A DNA stretch of 12,112 nt, from contig NW_003314453.1 in assembly GCF_000143415.4 (NCBI RefSeq), positions 1 through 12,112 on the forward strand, read 5' to 3'. Under the pieces are notes generated by a model. It was not told the DNA's origin, did not search any database, and saw only the letters and a list, made by a program, of their open reading frames with translations. Every line of letters begins with the position of its first letter. Positions within the stretch are counted from its first letter, which is position 1. Positions 1 through 8,301 of this stretch are shown piece after piece. A program made the translations under genes and the position numbers. The stretch is from Selaginella moellendorffii (lineage: Eukaryota; Plantae; Lycopodiophyta).

Positions 1-776
1 CACCTTTGCAAACCGGCACCATTCTGTCTCTTAAAAAGTCAATGAGTGATTAAGAAAAAGAGGGAAAAATTTAATTGACTCTGTAAGCAAGAAATCGCAT
101 TAATGAAAGTACATTATATCCACAAACCTGTCACGAGATCACACATGGTAAAATTTACTACGAAGTCCACTGTCATCATAACTGTGAACTTCATAAACGT
201 GGTTTTGTCGGATTACTGCGTTCTCATAGCTTGTGAAAACAAACAAAACCGCTGCTTCAATGCTGCATCGTGGCGACTGTAAAACGCTAGCTTCTCATAC
301 AAACCCTAGAATTTAAAACAAAAAAAAATTAGTGTAGATACACATAACGTTGTATGGAAATCCAGAAAAATAAAACATTAAACAGGATTCGGCTGTTCAC
401 TCAAGTTATCATCGATTCGCTCGTTGGACGCCCCACCAAACTCAACATTCTAAAGCACCAAATGTGCAGAATATTCCGTAATCAGTCCAAGCATCCTCGA
501 ATCCCAAACACTCTACTTTTGCAATAGTACATCCACAAACACTAGGATTAAAGTAAAAAAGATAAGAACAAACACAGTGTGACATAGATTATTACAAGCG
601 GTAACCATCACCTTGTTCAGCTAACGGTTTCCTAAGGAGCAGCACTGCACCTCTTGATTTGAACACATTTTAATACCAGAGATGAAGATGCTGAATCCTT
701 GAATGCTTGTGATTGCATAGCTTTACCCTATAGTTGATAATCACCTATCTGAAGATAAGGTTAAAAACTGCAATAC

Positions 777-1368
777 CTGAGTCATATGACTCGCATAATT
801 TGTAATTAGTTGTAATTGTGTCCCATTTAAACCGCTGAGGTACGGGAGAAAATCCTTCCCAATTACTACATAAATGTCAACCAGAGAGAACAGAACAGCC
901 TGCAGCACATAGTACTGATGTCGTGGGAATGTTAAGGCCCTTAAAATGGAATACCTGTCTCACGTCTTCTTGCTGGTGCTTGAATGCCTCTACAAGCACT
1001 GGCAGAAAGGTTGGAAGCCTTTCAACTAGCATTTCCTTAGGAAGTCGTTTCACAATCTGCCCACATGCAAGTGTAAGCGTCACAAGCTACAATCTTCAAT
1101 ATATTCACCTGTTTAAGAATCTCTGGGATAATTGACAAGGCCAATTCCCTAGTAAACTTATCAGAATCCTTGGCCGCTTCCAATACAGTTGAAATGAGCT
1201 TGTCAAAATACTGCAGATATTAAATCCTTTACTTTAAAATGATGCTCTTTATGTTAATGTGCAAACCTGTGACCAAACTTTTGTGTCGCTAGATTGGTGA
1301 AGCCGGGCTGCTGCGAGCAATGCCTCGTGCTTCTCTGATAGCGTCTTGTCAGGTCCCCAAAGAAAGAC
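777..1368 (-). CDS. CLASP: CLASP-like gene exons for the C-terminal TOG-like (CLIP-ID) domain
   Basis: Four phase-0 exons (102, 102, 102, 123 nt) with GT-AG introns 1369-1415, 1211-1266, 1057-1108 and 900-954. They translate without stops to VFLWG..VWSQ|YFDKLISTVLE..RELALSIIPEILKQ|IVKRL..DVRQ|AVLFSLVDIY..HMTQ. Confidence 0.88.
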
Positions 1369-1415
1369 CTACATTAGAACACGTTACGATATATCACTAA
1401 AACACCATTATCTAC

Positions 1416-2782
1416 CCGCTCAGTTAGCATGCGAGTAACGTTATTCTCAGCACTTCCAGTGTCTGGATTCAAATGTGCAGTGTCAGCCCCGTCCGAGACG
1501 TCCACGTTCATTGAGTAACTGTCTACCCATCTTCTAGTTTTGTCGCAGTTTATATCCCACCCAGTATTGGAGTCCCTGATTTTGGGTCCAATAATCGTCG
1601 GGTCGCCAGAATTTTGTGGAGTTCTACAGTTGAACCGTAACTCCTTCACCATTCCTTCGTGCACACCCGATCTATCCATCTGATTTGGATTTGGAGGCTT
1701 ATTGTCACAATTTTTTACTGCTGGAAAAACGTGCATGTAAGGCTTCCTCATTGCTGACATATCAGTCTCCTCCATGGTAACCAGAGGAGCCCTGTGACTC
1801 CTAAACCGCATATGGTCCACAAGGTCGACCTCAATCTGTGGAACATATTGCTTTAAGGACCTCCTCAAGGCGGTTTGCTCGTCAACTGGCAAGGCCAAGA
1901 TAAACTCGAGTACGATTATAGTATCCAGGTGAGAGTAGACAGCTATGNNNNNNNNNNNNNNNNNNNNNNNNNNNNNNNNNNNNNNNNNNNNNNNNNNNNN
2001 NNNNNNNNNNNNNNNNNNNNNNNNNNNNNNNNNNNNNNNNNNNNNNNNNNNNNNNNNNNNNNNNNNNNAAGCACCAATTGCATACTCTATAACTGCCACC
2101 TTTCCTTTTGGCGAACGTTGCTCGTCAAGGGAGCGGAGAATTGCTGGAAAAAGTATTTTAATGTCGTATGCATTTCCAATAGCTTGTAAAGCTGCTGCCG
2201 CAAGCTCGCAAGTGGCATGCCTTGAGTCCACCAGTCGAGGAAATAGAAGCGGAAGCATTAAATCTAGCTGAACTCCAAATCCCTTCTTACATGCCTTTAC
2301 CAGATCAACCACTATAGAAAGTGCCGCCTGAGAAACTTTGAAGTGTGCATCCGTCAAATGGTCCCGGAGCAATCTTATGATGCTATCAAAACACTGGTGG
2401 ATCTCTGACAGGCCCTTTGAACCTTGGTGTAGAAATTTCTTGATGGAAGAAAATGCTCCCACTCTGACAGACCAATCAGCAGTTTTACTAAGACTTTCTG
2501 CAAGAGTCTCGTCTAACGATATCATCCCAGAAATGCAGCAGGGTTCTCCTGGATCTTGTGTAGCATTACAACAACTTTGGCCCTGGCGTGTTTGTGCTTG
2601 AGTTTCGTCAGGATTGTTGTCAGCTACTCGAGGTTCGCTGATGATCACGGAGACTCCATCATGATCACTACCATCAAGGTGAACATCTAATTGAAATGAA
2701 GGTGATGCAAGCTGGGGAGCAGACGGTGCAGCTATTGTTGACCGCACGTTATTTGAAGGGCCATGCTTTAACAAGTAGCTTC
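1416..2782 (-). CDS. CLASP: Large internal exon of the CLASP-like gene (linker, TOG3, linker)
   Basis: Lies within ORF 1374..2852. Acceptor ctagCAG| at 2783 after a 49-nt phase-1 intron (2783-2831); donor CGG|gtagat at 1415. The frame is preserved across the N block 1948-2068. Confidence 0.88.
1948..2068. other. N block (121 nt) inside the CLASP TOG3 exon
   Basis: Run of Ns; the frame is preserved and 41 codons are affected, close to the spacing recalled for plant CLASP. Confidence 0.95.
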
Positions 2783-3233
2783 CTGCTAGAAACCTGGGTA
2801 AAGTTTTAGCTATAATTCCCATAAAACAAACCTGCTGGGGACGCGTTTTCATTCAGCTGTTTTTTCATCCCAGCAACAGGAGATGGCACTTTTGGTCCAC
2901 ATGTGCATACCCTTGAATCAATCTTTCCAAGCATAAAGATCAAGCTTTCAGTTCCAATCTTAGCTCGTGAACAAGAACCTAAATAAGTACCTGACCAGGC
3001 CGCCGTAAGGAAAATGTTCGAATCTCATCTTTAAAATGGTCTCCCTTTTTCTGATATAGCTTCTGGAAGATGCATACGAATGGAACTCTTACCGTAAATG
3101 AATTGATTTGTACCTCCAAAATTTTCATAGTGGCTTCCTTAACATGAGTTTAGATCTTTAACCAAGTCCAAAACCTGTGCAAACAAAACGCAAGTCAAGT
3201 CCAGAATAGAAAATGAAGATTCTTCGATTTTAC

Positions 3234-3773
3234 CACTGGAAGTAAAAGCTGGACGACAGGGAGTTCGTCTAGAGAAAAAAGTCTAATTACGGAGTCTAGC
3301 ACTCGCACAAACTCCTCACGAACTTTACAGTTGTAATGTTGAGACGCATTAGTGCTGATCCTTTCAATTACCATCGTCGGTGAGAATATCTGAAAGGCGT
3401 CAACAACTAGAAGACCATGCATAGTTGTTCTTATTTGCCAGGCAAGCAAAATTTTCAAGATTGTCAACTACCTGCATGAGAGCTAGCAGGAGTCCACGCC
3501 CTGCATCACGGACGGACTGCTTGTCGTCTCCAAGTCTATCTATAATTGCAGGCAGCAGCGCCATGAAATCTAGCTGGAGTCTATCACCAGCGAGAGACGC
3601 TGCTGATGCAAGAACGTGAAGGGCTCCCTGACATACTTCATGATCTCGGTCCTTAAGGAGATCAACGGTGGCATTGAGTAGGTTTCCCACATCCGTCGCA
3701 TTCAAACTTTTCTGGTTCCTGTCAAGAACTGCTTGCAGCTTCTGTACGACAGCAACTCTCTCTCGGTCATCCT
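3234..3773 (-). CDS. CLASP: CLASP-like gene exons 1-2 (TOG1 N-terminal part)
   Basis: ORFs 3400..3999 and 3195..3467 are joined by an 82-nt phase-0 GT-AG intron (3390-3471): ..LLLALMQ|IFSPTMVIER.. The start codon is expected about 10 codons into the N block. Confidence 0.88.
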
Positions 3774-3969
3774 NNNNNNNNNNNNNNNNNNNNNNNNNNN
3801 NNNNNNNNNNNNNNNNNNNNNNNNNNNNNNNNNNNNNNNNNNNNNNNNNNNNNNNNNNNNNNNNNNNNNNNNNNNNNNNNNNNNNNNNNNNNNNNNNNNN
3901 NNNNNNNNNNNNNNNNNNNNNNNNNNNNNNNNNNNNNNNNNNNNNNNNNNNNNNNNNNNNNNNNNNNNN
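3774..3969. other. N block (196 nt) covering the CLASP start codon and most of the ALA-CLASP spacer
   Basis: Run of Ns directly 5' of the CLASP 'DDRER' segment. Confidence 0.95.
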
Positions 3970-4026
3970 CGAATATACCACAAATATTGTATCTGGCACT
4001 AAAAATTGTAAAGGCGTTATCGTAAG

Positions 4027-7000
4027 TCAAGAAGTTTCTGCTGTCTGAAGTGATGTCTCTCTGGAGCTGACTGACGTCTTTTTAGAAGTCGACCGGGAGG
4101 CAGGATGCAGAAAAGAATCTTGCTTGCGTCTGATCTCTTGAACAATGTGATTGTCCATTGGCCTCAACGAACGTTGAGCTGCTAAAATTGTAAAGTACGG
4201 AAACAGGGATATAGGCGGTATAAGAATAGTAGCCAACCAATAAACAGGGCTAGGAAGCATAACTTCCACAAAAACCTTGTAACCTGTTGTAGAAATAGAT
4301 GTGCAGAGAAATCCATAGACAATTAAAAACAAATACCAAAGGAAAATGCTTCCCCATATACCCAAGTGCTGAATCCAGCTAAAGTGATTCGTTGTCAACA
4401 CCATCTGAAGGCTAACTATCCAGATAATGCATGTGTACATACTTGTACCGAAGGCATCCAGGCTTGGTGTTTTCCCGTCCTTTCTGAAGGAATGAAGCTT
4501 ATAAATGTTCCAGGTGAAGTAGTAAGTGATAAGGGAGCTATATATGCTGTTGGTAAACCAGGCGAAAACTTGAGACCAGTTGAATAGAATGTTCTTAGGT
4601 CCTTGCTGATAAAGAGCAGGAAACTGTAGGCACCCTCTTGCAGATACGTCTTGTTCAAAAATGCCAAGCACCAATGCAGGAATGGAGGTAAATATTACGT
4701 TGAACAAGGACATAGTCCAGTCATTGTATACCGTTTGTCCAGAATAACATGTATACGCTTCGTAGTAGAAAAGAGTGAGACCAAATGTCATGTTTTTGTA
4801 AAAGAAGTAGCAGATCTGCAGGTACCAGTATTCATTAGCAATAAAGTATCCATCCTAAAGACTAACCATTGAAGAAATTCTTTTGTAACACCAATGTCCA
4901 TGAACAATTAGCAAACGCTCCAGAAAGCTAAATTGAGCAATTGCAAAGTCACTAGCCATAACTGCCTATATAAGGTCTCAGTAAACAACAAGTATGTTCA
5001 GAGGAAAATATGAACCTGCATGCCTTCTACGCCACTTATACCAACACCAATATGTGCCTCCTGAATCATGCCCACGTCGTTTGCTCCATCTCCAATGGCC
5101 AGGGTAATTTTACCTGTCCCTTGTTTAACAAGCCTTGCCACCTGCTTGTGGATGTTAGTGTTCAAACATCTATAATTCAGACCAAACTCACCAAAGCTTT
5201 TTGAAGCGGTGAGACTCTACAACAAATTACAGAAGCACATTTTATAGCTAGCTTAAGCAGGCTCAATTTCAAATCCTCACTTAGCGCATATGTGAGAGAT
5301 TTTCCATCAATAATCAATGCAAATACTGTATTTAAACTTTTTTCAGAGTCTACATCTTGTAAACCTGACATAATAAGTTCCTGAACTTTATCCTGTAGAA
5401 GTCCTGTGTTATCAAATGCGTGCAAAATAAGTATATAAATCAGGATTAACCTTAGCAACTTCTTCCATCTCTCTAGGAGCATCTACTGAGGAGATATTTA
5501 AGAGCTCCGGTGCTATAATAATCTGCTTCATTCCCTGTCTAATCAAATTGCAAGCATAGCTGCACATACGTTATAAAGATAGTATAATGCACACCACAAA
5601 AACAGGATAAGAGGCAGACCCAATGTTGATAGCAGTCTCGAGCTTATCACCTGTCAAAACCCAGATTTTAAGACCAGCTTGTGCGAGGATCTCAATACAT
5701 TCTGGAACCTGCGAAGTCTACTACCATATTGAAAGGCAAACTTTATTACAAAAAGCTTACTCCTTTTTGTAGTTTGTCTTCTACAGCAGTGGCACCTAGA
5801 AGAACAAGATCTTTCTCCAGTTCATCCGATGCATTGTTTAGTAACAACTCACGCTCAATGCCAACAGTAATTTTGGCATTTTGAAACGTTTCATTCCACC
5901 TGATGTATTCGGTTTCCTCAATCTTTCGATATGCCAGCACTAGTGTTCTTAGACCAGCCTCTGCATACTTACCAAGGTGCGCTCGAGTAGCTTCTTCATA
6001 TTGGCGACCGTTTACACCAAGTCGTTCAAAGATAACGCTGGGGCCATAATGTGAGTAAAACAAATTAGCAGTTCAATTCAATATAAACCTGTCAGCACCC
6101 TTGCAGAACAAAATAATTTGTCCATCTTCTCCCTTAGCTACTACAGACATCCTTTTTCTTGTACTGTTGAACTCAAGAAGATTCAGTATTTGATATTCTC
6201 TGTACAGAAGTTTTAGTACACTAACTTTGAAATTTTATAGGGCAAACCTTTCCAGCTTTGTGTCAAGATCTATATCGGGTTCCCATACCATGACACTACT
6301 TTGGTTCCTTTTAAAAAAAATAAAACCAAATTCTCTGGCAGCTATAACGAAGGCATTTTCGTCTGGGGATTCTGCTTCATAGTGGATTTCGTTGTCGTCA
6401 TCCTCTTCGGCAATAGCAGAGTGACAAACTGCTAACAGTTGAAAAAAAAGCCGTATCGAATGAGGATTGGGCTCATATATCCAGTTGCCTTCCATTAGGC
6501 GTTCGTCCTTGAAGTTAAATCCTTTAATAGTGGGAGCATTCGTCTGGACTTTTTCTGAAGACAAGCAGAACTTCTTGTTATTATCATCTTCGGAACAAGA
6601 CTCTTGAATGTCTTCAGATTCCCATTGTTCTTTGCTAAGTCTTCTTGCAATACTTTTCTCTACCTCCGTGACACCTCGACCATAGGGCGTGCCTGAAATT
6701 GAGCACTTGAGAAAATTCATAGAGTTGCATGTCAAAGTTCCAGTTTTGTCAGATAATATGGTGTGAACTTGCCCAAGTTCCTCGTTCAAGTTGGAAGTTC
6801 GTGCTTGAGCTGTCTTGTTGGACTCTTCGTGAAACATTTGCCAGTCCCAGTTGATAAAACTGGCTTGCACTGTCTTAACAATCTCGATTGAGACATACAA
6901 AGAGATTGGTATAAGATACCCATATAAAATAAGTGCTGTAACTAGATGTAGAAATGATGCAGCAGTTGCTCGTCGAGGATCATAAAACACCTGCGCCTTG

Positions 7001-8052
7001 TCAGGAGACATATACCACCATGTAGGCATTTGTTCTTTTGTTACTATGCCGTAGAAAAGAGAACCAACAGCAGCAATTAATAACAAGACGCTGAAAAGGA
7101 TGTAGATGATGTAGTCCATTTTTTTCTCAATGCGGCTTCGTTTTGAAGGAGGGTCTGTAGCGTTTTGCATGACCTTCGTGTCATGACCGCTAAATATTAC
7201 AACCCCATATATAAAGTCTGTGTTTCGAAGTCTTGATCCCCGAAGTAACAGTTGCTGGGGCCCAAGAGAACTAAGGTGGTCGTCAAAGTCAAGTGTTCCA
7301 ATAAATGTGTACAAGCTGTTATTTGGATCTTCACACCTCACAATTCCATCAAATTTCTCAATGTCTTCCTCATCAACTATTTTAACCGTGATTTCTAGTG
7401 ACTGCTTCACCTTCAAATTTGTTTCACCATCAAGGGTCATGGTTTCGACATAGCAGATTCCATCTGTGTAACTTGTGGATAGCATGAAAAGGTCAGCTGG
7501 GAAAAAGTGATCTTTTCGAACCATCACAATATCCCCAACAGTAACATCTTGCCACTCTCTTAATTCAAATTCTCCAGTTCCACAGTTAACCAAAACCAAC
7601 CGAGAATTTACCTCTTTGTCCTGCAGAACGAAGAGCTGATAGAGCAAAGAAGAGACAAATCTGTATTGTACCTGCTTATGGCGCCTCCAATCTTCCAGTC
7701 CCTCTTTAAGCATGCTTATACCCATGACAAAGATCAAAGGTGCGATCAAGCTGCCTGGAGAGAACGGAGTTAAGGGCGTGAGTGACAAAACTGCAGCAAA
7801 CAAAAAGTATTGGTTGGCCACCCTTCTGAATTGCTCAAATAATGCCTTTGGGAAGAATGTGATCACGTCGTACTTAGTAGTAGAGACATAATTGGAGAGG
7901 TATTTCAGAGGACCAGCCTTGTGTTTTCCTGGCTGGTTGCAGTATACTACCCTTGAGAAACCTGTCGGTGGAAAATCCTTCACTGCAGAAGGTTTGCCGC
8001 AGCAAAATGAATATAATCTGCTCCACCTTACACGTTTTCTGTCACCAGTCAT
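4027..8052 (-). CDS. ALA: P4-type ATPase (phospholipid-transporting ATPase/flippase), ALA family, most like the ALA4-12 group; 10 exons, 1184 aa
   Basis: Motifs: [41 protein letters not shown] (phospho-Asp, 6736-6750), [66 protein letters not shown]. Exons 8052-7672, 7620-6248, 6199-6089, 6037-5761, 5708-5620, 5559-5451, 5392-5192, 5141-5016, 4965-4867, 4815-4027 sum to 3555 nt in frame. All nine introns are GT-AG and 48-60 nt. The start is taken as the first in-frame ATG (8052). Confidence 0.96.
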
Positions 8053-8301
8053 TGCAGAACATGATACCAGTCCCACAGGCGGCTTTTTAAAAGACTATTT
8101 TGTTGGTTGAAACAAGCAAACCTGCGCTTTTTCACAGTTAATGACACGTAAACACACGGCCTAGCTAAGGGTTATTTTTAAAGACAAACCGCACTGGTTT
8201 TGCCTATGAAAAAGCCGGACGTCGGGATGAGGCACGTCATCCGCAGAAGCACCGGGATGGTAGTTAGCTAACAGTGGCCCATAGGGTTGTCTCAAGACGC
8301 C
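8053..8301. promoter_or_regulatory. Putative bidirectional promoter between the flippase and the coiled-coil gene
   Basis: Only 249 bp separate the divergent ATGs (8052 minus, 8302 plus). The region has three ACGT-core elements (ACACGT ~8144, GACGTC 8218, CACGTCA 8233) and the palindrome GTTAGCTAAC (8263-8272). Function is inferred from position. Confidence 0.55.

Larger units (their letters stand above)
632..3773 (-). pseudogene. CLASP: Divergent CLASP (CLIP-associated protein)-like TOG/HEAT-repeat gene with a frameshift in exon 3; candidate pseudogene, sequence error or truncated isoform
   Basis: Peptides match plant CLASP as recalled: TOG1 'DDRERVAVVQKL..DLLKDRDHEVCQGALHVLASAASLAGDRL..RLGDDKQSVRDAGRGLLLALM' and 'KVREEFVR'; TOG3 'DWSVRVGAF..DAHFKVSQAAL..LRSLDEQRSPKGKVAVIEYA..LRRSLKQYVPQIEVDL'; C-terminal domain 'FLPVLVEAF..DVRQAVLFSLVDIYVVIGKDFLPYLSGLNGTQLQLI'. 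Exons: (~3804, in Ns)-3472, 3389-3234, 3174-3114 (61 nt, disrupted), 3062-2991, ~2950-2832 (acceptor unclear), 2782-1416, 1368-1267, 1210-1109, 1056-955, 899-777, tentative last exon 727-632. Family identity is secure; functional status and the 3' end are not. Confidence 0.75.

Noticed and set aside
301-309. AAACCCTAG telo-box or telomere-like motif
   Set aside because: Single copy, coincides with a minus-strand splice-acceptor-like site, and is expected by chance.
2945-3174. Compensating frameshifts (-2 in exon 3, -1 near exon 5) restoring CLASP
   Set aside because: The shifted frame terminates at TAA 3141-3139 before the second site.
3668-4048. ORFs spanning the N block, including an apparent CLASP start at 3999 (MPDTIFVVYS)
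   Set aside because: Open only because Ns translate as X; the start at 3999 is GTG, and homology places the true start near 3804.
8053-8076. ORF-track N-terminal extension MGLVSCSA of the flippase
   Set aside because: It begins at GTG; the first in-frame ATG is at 8052.
4027-8076. The separate ORFs at 4027, 5177, 5746 and 6235 as an operon or fragmented pseudogene
   Set aside because: They splice through canonical GT-AG introns into one intact 1184-aa P4-ATPase.
923-8110. Many short plus-strand ORFs opposite CLASP and ALA (e.g. 923-1135, 2338-2601, 3425-3619, 4366-4587, 5010-5204, 7220-7453, 7892-8110)
   Set aside because: Antisense to well-supported exons, often with non-ATG starts and no recognisable motifs.
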